This document shows, piece after piece, positions 17,466 through 32,800 of a stretch of DNA of 64,000 nucleotides (position 1 is its first letter; every line of letters starts with the position of its first letter). The notes beneath the pieces are model-generated. The model was not told the DNA's origin. It made no database searches and was given only the letters and a program-made list of their open reading frames with translations. Made by a program: the position numbers and the translations under genes. The DNA is from a virus (Duplodnaviria > Caudoviricetes): positions 1 to 64,000 of IMG/VR virus record IMGVR_UViG_3300012665_000704, one strand, 5' to 3'.

Positions 17466-20400
17466 ATGGCTACAAGTTCAAGACAATCAGCAATATTCGG
17501 CGTAAATGACTGGAAAGCCATTTACCAAACTTTCCGTGAAGCCGACTTTAAGAGTTATGATTATGAAACCCTTCGTAAAAGTTTCATAGATTACTTACGT
17601 ATATACTACCCTGAAACATATAACGATTATATTGAGAGTGCAGAATTTATTGCATTACTTGATGTTATGGCATATATGGGACAAGGTCTTGCTTTCCGTA
17701 ATGATTTAAACGCACGTGAAAATTTTATCGATACTGCTGAACGTAGAGATAGTGTTATAAAATTAGCAAATCTAGTTAGCTATACACCAAAAAGAAATCT
17801 TGCTGGCCAAGGTTATCTTAAAATTAATAGTGTACAAACTACACAAAACATTACAGATTTAAATGGATTTAATTTAAGCAACGTTCCTATTTTATGGAAC
17901 GATCCTGCTAACCCAAATTGGTTAGAGCAGTTCAATACAGTAATAAATGCATCATTAGTTGATGTTCAACGAATAGGTCGCCCAGCAAATTCAGCACAAA
18001 TTTTAGGGGTAAAAACTGATGAATATACTATGCAGATTCCTGCTAATAGTATACCTGTAGTTCCTTTCAACTCTAGTGTTGATGGAATAAACATGAACTT
18101 TGAATTAGTTAGTGTGACTAGCGTTGGTGAAGATTATGTATATGAGATTCCTCCGCAACCAACAAATCAATTCAATATGCTATACCGTAATGATAAATTA
18201 GGTTATGGTAGCCCAAACACAGGATTTTTCTTCTACTTTAAACAAGGTTCATTACAAACTTTTGATTTTAATTTAGCACAACAAATTTCAAATCAAGTAG
18301 TTGATATTGATATTCAGGGTATTAATAATACTGATACATGGTTATCTCAATTGACTGCAAGTAACGGATTGATTGGTCTATGGAAACAAGTTGATAACAT
18401 TTATGCAAATGCATATCTACAAACTGAAACTAGTTTTAAAAAGATTTTCTCTGTTAATAGTAGATTTAATGACCAAGTTAGTTATGTATTTGGTGACGGT
18501 GTGTTCAGCGAAATTCCAGTTGGTTCATTTAGAGCATATGTTCGTGCAGGCAACGCACTAACTTATGTAATTCAACCTACTGAAATGCAAGGCATTTCAA
18601 TCTCATTTAGTTATATTAGTAGAGTTGGCCGTCAAGAAACATTGACTGTTGGCTTGTCATTAACAAATCCTGTTTCAAATGCCCAAGCACGTGAAACATT
18701 AGCTAATATTAAACAACGTGCTCCTACTCGTTACTACACACAAAATCGTATGGTTAACGGGGAAGATTATAATAACTTTCCGTACACACTTTACAGTTCT
18801 ATTATAAAGAGTAAAGCAATTAATAGAAGTAGTGTTGGTGTATCACGTAATTTAGATTTGTTAGACCCAACAGGAAAATATTCAAGTACAAATACTTTTG
18901 CAAGTGATGGCGCGGTATATTTAGATACAGATAATGGTTTTTCAATATTAACTATTAATAGTTCAGGTGATATCATTACCTTCTTATCTGACACACTAGC
19001 AGCCATACTTGCTGATAATCGTTCAATTCAATATTATATACAAAACTATACTAGATATGATGTTAATCAAGCATCAGGTGATGGTACAGTTTCTTGGCAA
19101 ACTAGTACAGTCAATGCAAGTAGTTTGACTGGATATTTTTATAACATTACAAATAATGTTGACACTCCTATTCCAACAGGAACATATTCTACATACAATG
19201 CAAAATATATAACAAAAGGTGCGTTGTTAAAATTTATTGCACCTCCTGGTTTTTATTTTGATAGTAATAATCGTTTAGTTAGTGGAGTAGCAACACCAAC
19301 AGATACTACTTTCATTTGGACAACCGTGTTAAATGTAGTAGGAGATGGCTATAATAACGGGTCTGGACAATTTGCAAATGGTACAGGACCAATTACATTA
19401 AATGGTTACGTTCCGACAGAAGCAGTACTATCAGAAATTATACCTGCATTTGACAACACGTTACCAAATTCAGTTATACAAGAATGTATTATAAAACTTG
19501 AATTGCAACAAAACTTTTCATTAGTGTTTAATAATTCACTAACGATTGCACAAGATCGTTGGAGTGTTGAAGCATATAATGCAACTGGATATTTTGTTAA
19601 TTTTGAAAGTACTGGGTACAACAGATATACAGTTACGTATCGTTCATTAGCCTATTATTTTGGTAGCGTAGCTGATACTAGATTTACATTTGAATCAGGT
19701 AAATTAGTTTATGATCCATTCAGTGGTAAAATTTTACAAGACTTTGTAAAAGTATTAGCAACCAATACTCAACCTAGTTCTAATTATCCACTGACCACAC
19801 CAATTTCTGCTAGTATCATAGGACAGACTGTGCAGTCCGATGGTTATATTGATGACTTTGAAGTTGAAGTAGCAAGCATTGATGTTAATGATAGAACAGT
19901 TGTTGAGAATCCAGATTTCTTTAATCAGATTACTGGGTATGTAACTGGTAATACCAATGTTGGAATTTATGCATTTTTTGAAGAAGTACAAGATGCTATT
20001 AATTTATCTCGTTTGCAATTAATACCTACATCAGATGTTGTATATCAATATGCAACTACTAGTCAAATTGAAGTTGTAAAATACGAATACCCTGTGGGTC
20101 AGTTGTTCTATGCATCTTCAGAAAATGTATTTTATATAACTGTGCAAGATGAAACTATTAATACTCCTTATTATGTATTAGTATTGCAACCACAGTATAG
20201 TATGAAGCCAGGACGTCAGGGTTTACAATTCCAATATCGTCATAATAGCAACAATACAACACGCATTGATCCTGCTACTACAAATATTATTGATTTGTAT
20301 GTAGTAACACAAGCATACTATACTGCATATCAAAATTGGATACAAGATAGTACAGATACTGTGCCGTTACCAAATAGACCTACTATTAATGAATTAAATC

Positions 20401-20837
20401 AAGAATACGGACAGATACAAGATTTTAAAATGTTAAGTGATAGCGTAGTCTTAAATAGCGTTGTGTTTAAACCATTGTTTGGCCCTAAAGCCGCAAGCGC
20501 ATTAAGAGCAACTATCAAAGTGATTCAAAACAGTAATACAAATGCTAGTGTAAGTGAGATTCGTAGTGCAATATTGGCTTCAATGGATACTTACTTTGAT
20601 ATTAATAATTGGAATTTTGGTGACACGTTTTATTTTAGTGAATTAGCCGCATACTTACACGCACAAAACGGATCACTAGTCAGTTCAGTTGTTTTAGTAC
20701 CCAATGATCCAACAATGCGTTTTGGAGATTTATATGAAATTAAATGCCAACCATATGAAATATTTGTTAATGCCGCAACTGCTAATGATGTAGTAGTTAT
20801 AGCTTCACTAACACCCGCCGAATTACAGATAGCATAA
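17466..20837 (+). CDS. gp6: Baseplate wedge subunit gp6 (baseplate J-like)
   Basis: DYETLRKSFIDYL, ENFIDTAERRDSVIKLA, FGDGVF, ETLANIKQRAP, QNRMVNGEDY; TAAATA at 17440-17445. Confidence 0.88.
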   Translation: MATSSRQSAIFGVNDWKAIYQTFREADFKSYDYETLRKSFIDYLRIYYPETYNDYIESAEFIALLDVMAYMGQGLAFRNDLNARENFIDTAERRDSVIKLANLVSYTPKRNLAGQGYLKINSVQTTQNITDLNGFNLSNVPILWNDPANPNWLEQFNTVINASLVDVQRIGRPANSAQILGVKTDEYTMQIPANSIPVVPFNSSVDGINMNFELVSVTSVGEDYVYEIPPQPTNQFNMLYRNDKLGYGSPNTGFFFYFKQGSLQTFDFNLAQQISNQVVDIDIQGINNTDTWLSQLTASNGLIGLWKQVDNIYANAYLQTETSFKKIFSVNSRFNDQVSYVFGDGVFSEIPVGSFRAYVRAGNALTYVIQPTEMQGISISFSYISRVGRQETLTVGLSLTNPVSNAQARETLANIKQRAPTRYYTQNRMVNGEDYNNFPYTLYSSIIKSKAINRSSVGVSRNLDLLDPTGKYSSTNTFASDGAVYLDTDNGFSILTINSSGDIITFLSDTLAAILADNRSIQYYIQNYTRYDVNQASGDGTVSWQTSTVNASSLTGYFYNITNNVDTPIPTGTYSTYNAKYITKGALLKFIAPPGFYFDSNNRLVSGVATPTDTTFIWTTVLNVVGDGYNNGSGQFANGTGPITLNGYVPTEAVLSEIIPAFDNTLPNSVIQECIIKLELQQNFSLVFNNSLTIAQDRWSVEAYNATGYFVNFESTGYNRYTVTYRSLAYYFGSVADTRFTFESGKLVYDPFSGKILQDFVKVLATNTQPSSNYPLTTPISASIIGQTVQSDGYIDDFEVEVASIDVNDRTVVENPDFFNQITGYVTGNTNVGIYAFFEEVQDAINLSRLQLIPTSDVVYQYATTSQIEVVKYEYPVGQLFYASSENVFYITVQDETINTPYYVLVLQPQYSMKPGRQGLQFQYRHNSNNTTRIDPATTNIIDLYVVTQAYYTAYQNWIQDSTDTVPLPNRPTINELNQEYGQIQDFKMLSDSVVLNSVVFKPLFGPKAASALRATIKVIQNSNTNASVSEIRSAILASMDTYFDINNWNFGDTFYFSELAAYLHAQNGSLVSSVVLVPNDPTMRFGDLYEIKCQPYEIFVNAATANDVVVIASLTPAELQIA

Positions 20838-20866
20838 GTAATATATAACAATAGAGATTTTAAAAG

Positions 20867-23800
20867 ATGGCAACAAGAATTAGAACGCTAAATTTTCTTC
20901 CAGAAATATTTAAAACACAAACCAATGCACAGTTCCTAGCGGCAACACTAGATCAACTTGTAGCACAACCTAATACAAAAAAGATACAAGGTTATGTGGG
21001 AAGTAAATTTGGTTATGGAGTAAACGCAACTGATTACTATGTTACTGAACCTACTAAAGTTAGAACAGATTATCAATTAGACCCTGGTGTTGTATTCTTA
21101 AAAGAAAATGATACTACTGCAAATGACTTTATTAGTTATCCTGGTATTGTCGATGGATTAAAACTTGAAGGTGGATTAACTCCTGATAACAATAGACTAT
21201 TCAACAGTCAATTTTATTCTTGGGATTCGTTCACTAATCTAGATAAAATAATTAACTTTAATGAATACTACTGGTTACCAGATGGACCTGATCGTGTAGT
21301 AATTTCTACAGACGTAGTGTTTAATTCTTCTAATTATCTAGTTCAAAGTTTATCAAATGAATATTTAATTTCTTCTGAATCTCAATCTGCAACAAGCAAT
21401 CCTACGCTTACTTTATTAAGGGGTGGGTCATATACTTTTAGTGTAAATCAAAATACACAATTTTGGATACAAGGTGAACCTGGCGTCACTGGATACAGTC
21501 CAACACAGCCTAATGTGCAAACACGTGACGTATTCGGAGTTACTAATAATGGTGCTGAAAATGGAGTGATTACGTTTGAAGTTCCTGCACAGAATGCATT
21601 AAACGAATATAATTTTCCTCCTGGCCCTGCCGTAGGAGTTGTATCTTCATTACCGTTTAGTCAAGTCAATGGTGCAAGAGTAACTGAAATAGGCGGAATT
21701 GACGGCGTTACAGCATTGGATGGTTTGACTGTGATGTTTTATAATACCGGCATAGCTGATGAAATAGGTTATATTCAAAAATTTTACGATCAAACTTTAT
21801 TTGATGAAGACGGTGGTGTCTCTTACGATGAAGCAACTGATTACCCTGGAACATCTGAATTTTATAATAATTATGAAGGTGGTTTTTACAGCCCAGTAAA
21901 TTCTAATTTTTACACAATTACTTTGTTAGGAGATCAATCTAATCCTATCATTCAACTTACTCCGGCAGGAACTATTCCTACTAATCAAACAATCACACCT
22001 ACATTTGGTTCTGAGTGGGTAAACAGAAATTTTTATAGAAGTGTAGATGGTGCAATTGCTTTAGTTCCATATAACAGTGCAATACTAGACACACTATATT
22101 ATCAAGACGGTACCAATCCAAATAAAGTTGGTATTATTAAATTAGCTAATAGCAATGTTTCTAATTCATTAGATGTTGTTACTGAGATTTTAGGAAAGCC
22201 ACAGTATACTGCACCTAATGGAGTGGTGTTTACAAATGGATTGAAAGTTTTATTTCAAGGTAATATTACTCCTGAAATTTATAATAACACTGAATTTTAT
22301 GTTGAAGGTGTGGGTACCGCAATTGAATTAATACCAGTTGCAGATTTAGTTAGCCCCGGTGCATTTGCTGAAGGTTCTTATATCCCATTCGACACTACAC
22401 CATATGATGTGGGTAACTTTGATTCAAGTTTATATCTTTTAATAGATCCAGATTATATTACTATTGCAAGAAATGCAATTAATAAAAATGCATGGTCACG
22501 CAGTAATAGATGGTTTCACATTGATGTGATAAACGCAACTGCAACTTATAATAATAATCCCGAGTTAGCCTCAGTTGCTACAATTTATAATAAAGCATCT
22601 CGTCCTATTATAGAATTTTATCCAAATCTTAGTTTATTTGATTCTGGTGTGATAGGTAAACAACCTATTGACTTTATAGATTTTAGAACTACTGATGCAT
22701 TTACATTGGTTGCAGGTCAACCTACATATTATCCTGATGTTGCAGGATACACAGATTACACTGCAACTATTGCACCTGTAACTTCAGCTATCACAAGCAA
22801 AACAGCAACACAAACTGTTGGTTTAGTTAATCAAGTTATACTAAGTCCAAACACAACTGGCATTCATGTTAATGACACTATTGTATTTGGTTTGGTAACT
22901 GCTGGTAGTTTTGTTTCGGGTACAACATATAAAATTGTCACGTCTGGTAATACTGACTTTACTGCAATAGGAGCTAGTTCTAATGCAGTGGGTACAGTGT
23001 TTGTTGCATCTGGCGCTGGATCAGGAACAGGCACTGCCGGTGATGTAGATTCAGAATTTGGTGGACTAACTTCTGGGGTAACTTACTATATTAATGAAAT
23101 CGTAGGTAGCAGAATAACAGTATCAACTGAAAAACAAGGTTCAAACATTGTATTAACCTCTGCTTCAGGTTCTATGGTTACTTCAATATATCCATATAGC
23201 ACAAACATTACAATAGCAACAAGTGAAGTGTTTGGTTTATTTGAAGTAGGTCAATATATTGCAGACTCAACAGGCATTCTTCCTGCAGTAACATTTATTA
23301 CCGCAATAACAGAAGTTGGGTCTAATACAATCTTAACAGTTTCTTGGTATAATCAAGAAGTTATCACAGGAACTTCAGTTGCATCTATTGTATCTGCTGA
23401 TACTACTTTATCGAACTATGCTTTATTTGATGGGGCTAGAGTAGTTTTTGCTGCCGACACTAATTTAAGTGTTAGAGATAAAATATATGTTTCTCGTTTT
23501 TCTTCTATTGATGGTACAGGAACTCCGGTAATCACACTAACTGAAGCCTTCGATGGTCAAGTATTAGCAGATGAACAGACTTCGGTTTATAGAGGATATA
23601 ATTACAAGGGTAAAGATTTTTACTTCAACGCTGAAAATTGGCAACAAGCACAACAAAAAATTACAATTAATCAGGCTCCTAAATTTGACATATATGATGA
23701 AAATGGTATAAGTTTTGGTGATAGCACAGTTTATATTGGTACGTCATTTACAGGTTGCTCACTATTTCAATATGGCTTAGGAACAGGTATAAGTGATCCT

Positions 23801-26800
23801 GTTTTGGGTTTCCCATTACGTTATAGTACAGTAAGTAATATAGGTGATATTAGCTTTGATGTTACATTAGATTCACAAACATTTAATTATGTTCAAGGAA
23901 CAAATCCAATTACACAAAAAGTGAATACAGGATACGTATACAACTATACATCACGTACTAGCTTTGTAAGACAATTAGGTTGGCAAACAGCAGTATCACC
24001 TAGTGTACAATATCAAATTTTTGAATTTAATTGGTCAATTGATAATCCAATAACTAACTTTACATGTGACATAGCTCCGGTATCTTCTAGTTCAACTAAT
24101 TGGCCAACCGTACAAGTCTATATAAATAATACCTATTTGCCAGAAACTGATTTTACAGTTTCAACAACAGGTGATACAACAACAGTTACTATACCTCAGA
24201 TTGACGCAGTTGATACTGTAGTTCAGGTATTAATATTAAGTGACCAAGTAAGTTCTACTGCATATTATCAAATACCAATTAACTTAAGCAATAATCCTTT
24301 CAATGAAGACATACTAACTGTTAACATTGGTGATATTCGCGGACAGTATCAAAGTATGTTCTTTAATAATCCAAATACTATGGGACCAGTATTTGGACGT
24401 AACAACTTCCGTGATTTAGGAAATCTTGTTCCTTGGGGAAATAGAATTATTCAAAACAGTGCTTCACTTGTGTTGCCTGGAACATTCTTGCGTAAACAAA
24501 ATCATAATTTGTTTAATTCTATTTTATACAATAGTAGACAATACATTACGTTTAAAAATTTATTAATTGATACTGTAAACAATACAGATTATAATCGTAT
24601 GTTGTCTCCGGCAGAAATGTTAGATGATGCAATGGATCAAATAACATCTACAAAAACAGATAGTCAACCATTCTTCTGGAGTGATATGTTGCCTTCTAAG
24701 GCACCTTATATTTCTAATACATATTCTTTTGCAAACACACTGGATGTTAGTATATATCCTTTAAGTAGAATTTATGATTTTGACAAAGCAAATTATTATG
24801 GTGTATTGGTGTATCTAATTAGAGATGGTGTCACCTCACAACTAATTTTTGGAGTTGATTATACTGTAAGCACTAGTGCTCCCTCATTAACAGTTACATT
24901 AGATTTATTAGCTAACGACCAAATCGTTATCAATGAATATAATCAAACATACGGTAGCTATGTACCTAACACGCCTACTAAATTAGGTCTTTACCCTTCA
25001 ACTATTCCAGCAGTCGTTGTAGATACTGCATATTTTGAACCTACATATTTTATAGTAGGACATGATGGGTCATACAATAAATTGTTTGGACCGTATGATA
25101 GTACTACAGGACAATTAGAAGATTTCAGAGATCAGGTATTACTTGAGTATGAAACACGTATATACAATAACTTAAAACTAAGCAACGTTATTCCAATTCA
25201 AACATATGAAGTAATCCCGGGTTTCTTTAGAGACCTTCAATATTCATATGATGAATTCTTAGAAGTTTATTCTGAATCTTTCTTAGATTGGGTTGGACAA
25301 AACAGAGTTGACTACAAAAGACAATTTTATAATTCAACAAATGAATTTTCATACAATTACCGTAACAGTGGAAACAAAGTAAATAGAGAACCAATCCAGC
25401 AGGGATATTTTAGGGGATTGTATTTGTATTACTACGATACACCTACTCCTGATGTAACACCTTGGCAAATGATAGGTTATACAGATCAACCAACATGGTG
25501 GACTGAGCGTTATGGTCCTGCTCCATATACAAGTGATAACTTAATTTTATGGAACGACTTAGCAGAAGGTATAGATTGGAATAATGGTAATCCTGTAGTA
25601 ATAACAGAATACATTCGTCCTGAGTTATTGCAAGTATTACCAGTAGATAGTAACGGTGATTTAGTGTCACCTCTTGCTTCTATTGTTGGAAACTATAACA
25701 ACAACATTTTCAATCGTGATTGGAAAGTTGGCGATGTTGGGCCTACAGAATTCAGCTATCGTAGAAGTAGTACATGGCCATTTGATTTGATGCGTCTTTA
25801 TGCATTAGCAAAGCCAGCTAATTTCTTTAACTTAGCAGTGGATGTTGACAATTACAAGTACAGTGCTGAGTTTGATCAATATTTGGTTAACAATAGAAGT
25901 CATTTACAATTAGGTGATATACCTATATATGGTCTGGGAACTCCTGCAACTAGCTACATTAACTGGATAGTTGATTTTGAAAAACAAGTTGGCATTGATG
26001 CAACAACTGATATCACTACTTTATTGAAGAATTTAGATGTACGTTTGGTATATCGTGTAGCAGGGTTTTCAGATAAGAATTTGTTAAAGTTTTACGTTGA
26101 AAAAAGTTCAGCAAACACAACTAACAGTTCATTATTAATACCTGATGAAAGTTATTCTGTATTATTATACGATAATCAACCATTTGATAGAATTGTATAT
26201 TCTGGTGTGGTTATTCAAATAACAGAAAATGGTTATCAAGTATACGGAAATTCTCAGACTAACGCATACTTTAAAATTTTATTGCCAAAAAATTCAGGAT
26301 ACAGTGAAACTATTGAAGTTGAAAATTTATCAGTTAGGATAGCTGATCAATACTCAGATAAAGTTGGTATCATTCCTTATGGTACTGAATTTTATAGTGT
26401 TCAGGAAGTTGCACAGTTTTTAAGTTCTTATGGAAAATACCTTGAAAGTCAGGGTATGAAATTTGACCAGATAGAAAATGGCATCCCTGTTAATTGGGCG
26501 CAAATGATTGCTGAGTTTTTATATTGGTCACAAATAGGTTGGGAAGTTGGTAGTATAACTACAATAAATCCTTCTGCCTCTACATTAGTAATTGACAAAG
26601 ACAGTAGTGTTGTGCAACCATTAACAGTAAGACAACGTAACTTTGTACTAAATCAAAACTTATTTCCAATACAATCAATTGATTTAAATGTTGTTCGCCA
26701 AGATACTGCATTTACGGCACAACCATTGAATCAAGGTGATGCGATCAGTTATGGTCAATTTAATATTAGCAACTTTGAACACGGTATCGTGTTTGACAAC

Positions 26801-29800
26801 GTTACACTATTTAATGACATAATTTATAATTTAATTACTGGCCTACGTCAATATCGTGTATCAGTCCGCGGAACTAAAACAGCAGACTGGAATGGTACAG
26901 TTGATGCAGCAGGCTTTATTTTAAATCAAGATAACATCCAAGAATGGAATAGAGAAATCAAATATACCAAGGGTGAAATTGTTCTTTATAAAAATAGATA
27001 TTGGACATCTTTAACTATTGTACAACCTAAAGTATTATTTGACGAACGTGATTGGAAAGAAACAAACTATAACGAAATTCAAAAAGGATTGTTGCCTAAC
27101 AGTCAAACTCGTTCTTTTGAAAGTACATTATACTATAACACTGATTCTGCAAACTTAGAAAATGATGCAGATTTATTAAGTTTTAGTTTGATTGGATATC
27201 GTCCAAGAGATTACTTAGCACTTGCTGATTTAACAGATATCACACAAGTAAACGTTTACAAAAACATGATTAAAGAAAAAGGTACATTGAATGCAGCCAG
27301 TGCGTTCAAGGGTGCTAATTTACCACAAGGTGGAATTAATTATGACATTTATGAAAACTGGGCTATTAAATCAGGTGAATTTGGTGGCGTATTAAACAAC
27401 AACTTTGTTGAATTTAACTTAAATCAAGCGTCATTGACAGGTAATCCAAGCATTGTTGGTTTAACTGATGGAATATTTACTGATGGAGTACAGCAAGAAG
27501 TACCACTATATTCTATATTCAATTATGGTAGACCAATAACCAGTCCTAACATATTACCTACTATTTCAGCCACTGAGCCTTCTGCATTATTCCCTACAGC
27601 AGGCTATGTCAATTACAATGACGTTAAAATGTCAAGTTACTATTATTCTGGTTTAGCTACTGCAACTAATGCTAGTGGAACAATAGTACCTATCAATGAA
27701 TTTTATGTACGTGATTATGTTTGGTTAGCAAATTATCTATCTGATTGGAGAGTGTACACACCAGTCAGTTTAGGTTCAATCATTAATGCCAAGAATAATT
27801 TGAATGGTACTGTAACTATTACATTTAGCCAGGCTCATAATTTAACAAGATTTGAGTTATTTGGTATAACAAACTTTGATGTAGCAATTAATAACTATTA
27901 TCTAGTGGCAGCAGTTGTTGACCCGTTCAGAGTCATCATTAATCTTTCATTGAATCCTAGTACACTTAATATCGTAGGTGAAGGTATTGGTTTAAGAATG
28001 CAAAGTCAACGTGTAGCAACTGCACCTGAAATTGTTGACTTGCCATTATTAAATAATGAATTTACTAAATCAAAAGTTTGGGTTGACGAAAACAACGATG
28101 GCAGTTGGGCAGTATATCGCAAGAGTTTGAACTATCAGTATGATGCAGAAATCATTAGATCATCAAGTCAAACATTTGGTAGCGCAGTTGCATACACAAC
28201 TCCTATGGGATATTTGATTGGTGATGCAGATGTTGGAGCAGTATACCGCTATACTTTCAATGCAGAAGCAAATACCTATACATTAGACCAAGCTATTACA
28301 AATAGTGCTTCATTTGGTTCGTACATATCTTACGCTGATGATTTATTTGTAATCTCAGAACCAACAAGCGGTTCACCTAAAGTATATGTATATCAATTAA
28401 TAACTACTACTCTAATAGATAATCTAGACCCTTATCAAACTATTTCTGCACCAGGCGGAGTAACTGACTGGGGTAGCACAACTGCTATTTCAGGTGATCA
28501 AAATTGGTTATATATTTCAGACACAGGCAACGCAAGAGTGTATGCATATCGTAAATCAACAATTACTAATTTATATGAGAGTGTAGGATATATTTCAGTA
28601 GCAGGTTTAACTTCCGCTGACAATTTTGGATTTTCGATTGCAACAGATTACTATGGTGATACTGTAGTAATTGGCGCACCTGATCAAGATTATGATGTAA
28701 ACACAGATAATTACGGATATACATATGTGTTTGCAAGAACAGTGCAGAATTTTATAGCACCTTCTACTAGTCAACCATATACCCCGCAGACATTTGCATT
28801 GTCTTGGTCACCTGTCACAGTTACACAAACTGCAACTGCCACAGATAGTACCAACGATAGAATCACTATAACAAGTTCTGCTGGATTTAGTGTTAATGAT
28901 CCTGTAGTGTTCTCTGGTGATATTTTATCTTCTGGTGCAATCGCTCAAAATACTGTGTATTATGTTTATGATAAACCAACATCAACTACATTTAGAATTG
29001 CATCAACACGTAATGCAGCCGCACCAATCGAATTAGCTACAGCTTCAGGCCCACCTAACATGACTGTTACTGTACAAACAACACCATTGTTTGTTAATAT
29101 TAACGGAACATTACTTGAGGATGATACCTATGCAGTTATAGGGTCTACATTATATGTTTACAGTGGCTTAACCCCAACATTAAATGCAGGTGATATTCTT
29201 TCTGTTAGTGGATCAAATTTTGTATTGACACAAACATTAGACAACGGACAAACACCGCGTGTAGGAGTACAGTTTGGACAAAGCGTAGATACAAATACAT
29301 ACGCTAATGAAATTTTAGTAGGTGCTCCGTTTGAATTAAGTGCCGACAATTATGAAGGTGCTATACATAGATTTACTAATGGTGGTGAAAAATATGGTTT
29401 TATTATTGGTACTACCGATTGTAATATCACAACACCAAGAACAATTTTAATAAATGGATATCAAGTTATTTTACCAATAGGTAATGCAACAAATGCTTCA
29501 AACTTTATTAATGCAGCTAACATTCCCAATGTAAGTGCTACTTCAATTGATGGTAAATTAGTCATTCAATTAGTTGACATTGCTATAGGATTTGCAGGTT
29601 CAAAACTTTCATTGACTGTGTTGGATTCTGCAACTCCTGCTGAAATGGGAATTAATATCTATACAGCAACACAAACTATTGCTTGCCCACACTTAACTGG
29701 ACCTACACAATTTGGAAGTGTAATTAAATTTAATGAGTTTGATTCATTTATAGCCAGCGCCCCTACAGGAACTCGCTACTCAGCTACAACATTTGATTTT

Positions 29801-32800
29801 ACAGATGATGAATTAGATAATGATACTGTATTTGATAACAATGCTACACAATGGATTGATACATTTGCTAATGCCGGTGCAGTATACATGTTTGATTATA
29901 TTTCTGCATATAATGAAAGTTTAAATAATCCAGGTAAATTCGTATATGCTCAAAGTACAAATGCAGAAAATATTGATTATGGTTCACAACCTTATTATGG
30001 TCAGGCATTAGACTTTAATGATAATAGAGTCACAGTAGGAACTCCTAATTTTAGACCAGGTTATGATAACGGTCAAGTGGTAGCATATACTAGTACTAGT
30101 ACCGAACAAGACTGGGCAGTCTATAGAAGTTCTGCTCCTATCGTTGATATAAATGGTATTGCAAACATTCAGTTATTCAGCGCATCATCTAATACAACAT
30201 TAGACAACTTAGATTACTTTGATCCGTTACAAGGAAAATTATTAGGGGCAATTAGAGAAAATATTGATGTTGTTTCTAATTCAGATCCTGCGGCATATAA
30301 CTCTCCTAATAGCACACAGCGTGGTTTAGTATGGGGAGCAGACAAAGTAGGTCAACTATGGTTCGATACATCAAACACGAGATTTGTTAACTACCATCAA
30401 AATGACATTGTTTATAACAGTCAGTATTGGGGTAGAATTTTCTCAGGTAGTGACGTTGCAGTATATTCATGGATAGTAAGTAATGTTAGTCCATTAGACT
30501 ATATTGGCCCAGGCATTCCGTATAACATCGATACTTATACAGTTAACGGCGTAATCAATGCAGAAGGCACTATTGTTCCATTATATTATTTCTGGGTAAG
30601 AAATACAAATATTGTATTTGAAAAGACTGGAAAAACATTAGCTGATTCTACATTAGAGGCATACATATCTCAACCTCAAAATACAGGTATAAGTTATTTC
30701 GCACCACTACAACCTGACATTTTTGCTTTATATAATTCAGGTGATTATTTAAATGGTAATGATACTGTATTACATATTGGTTATGCAACAGGAACTAATG
30801 ATGACCCTATACATAATCAATATGAATTGATTCGTGCTGATTATGCAGATGATTTCTTGCCAGGTGTTCCGGGATCAGGTGCTGGATATCAAGCACGTTC
30901 ATCAGTGGGTATAACAGAACCAATTTCATTATATAATAGAATGTTAGATAGTATGTGCGGCGTAGATAATGCCGGTGCAGTAGTACCTAACCCATTCTTA
31001 CCAAAAGCAGTTCAAACCGGTGTTCTTGCAAGACCAAGACAAAGTTTCTTCTATGATAGATATGATGCATTAAAGAATTATTTACAGTATGCCAATGAAG
31101 TATTAGCACAATTTCCTATAACAGAAATAAGAAACCCTTCATTCTTAAATACTACCGGTGCTACAAATCCATCGACAGTAGACAATCCTGATTGGACAGG
31201 AAGTGTATTGCCATTCTATGATACAACTAATTATTGGAGTTATATAAACTGGTGGGCACCTGGTTATGATAATAATACAAAGTCTGCCTTACAAGTTTCG
31301 ATTTATGCTGATTTATCAACATTAACTGTTACACCCGGAACAATTGTTACTGTAGCTACAAACGGTAATGGAAATTCAGAAACATATATCTATAACATAG
31401 ATGGTTCATGGACCCGTATTGGATTAACAAACGGTACAATCGAATTTAGTAGTGCATTATGGGATTACTCTACTTATAGACTAGGATTTGGTGACAATTT
31501 CTTTGACACTACTCCGTATGATGAGTACCCATCAGAAGAAACTAGATATATTATTCGTTCTTTAAATGAAGAAATTTACAACAATGAATTGTTAATTTTC
31601 AGAAATAAAAGTTTAATTTTATTATTTGAATACATTCAGAGTGAAACATCTGAAAATCAAAATTATTTGCCTTGGTTAAATAAAACATCATTCTTAGATG
31701 TAGCACACACTATCCGTGAACTACGTCCGATTGAAGTATTCCAATCAGATAACGAGTTATTCTTGGAAGGTTACATGAATGAAGTTAAACCATATCATGT
31801 AGTTATTAAAGAATTCTTATTCAAGTATACTGGCACTGATGTGTACGAAGGTGATATCACTGATTTTGATTTACCTGCACAGTATAACAGTTCAGTGCAA
31901 CAGTTTATAACACCGGAATTAGTTTATTCTAATCCAAACGGTGATAATCAGTATTTACCAAATGATCCTATATGGCAAACTGCCCCTTATAGTCAATGGT
32001 TTAATAATCACGGTGTAAGTATTGTTGGTGAAAATGATTATCCTATATCAGTATTAACATCATATGTTGCAACAAATTCAAACTCATGCTATGTTGATAA
32101 CGTAACTGGATTCCCTGTTACTGGAACAATTTTAATTGGCACTGAGTTGATTGGATATTCTAGTGTAAATCTATTAACTAACCAATTATTAGGATTAGCA
32201 AGAGGATTAGAAAATACTGTAATACAACAACATATTCCAGGAGAAACAATCTTTATTGATTTGCCTGCTGTACTAGTGTTGAATGCAGGTAGATTGTATG
32301 ACAATCCTCCTAAAATTACTGCAATAATTGATACTACTATATATCCTGAACCAACAGTTCCTGCACAGTTTGAAGCTGTAATGGGATTAGGTACTGTTAT
32401 TGGTGTAAACGTTATAAATCCTGGACAAGGATATGCAGTACTTCCTAAAATTGAAATTGATCCTGCTATTGTTGTTGAAGTTAATAGCACTCAAGTAAAT
32501 ATTTCAAATAATACAATAGAACTTACTATACCTATATTACAGACAGGAGATTTGATTGTATATCAGCCTGGCACAACCAGTACTGTAATAGGTGGATTAA
32601 CTTCAGGACAAAAATATTATGTTAACTTGTTGGAAGTTTCTCCGGCACCAATTATAGCACTTTACGCTAGTTACATTGATGCTGAAAGAGATCATAACCG
32701 TGTAGTTTTAACTAGCACTGGTTCAGGAGTTCAAAAATTAAACTTGGGTGCAGTTGCGTCTTGTATAACTAGCTCTGCACCAGTAAGAGAAAATAGTATT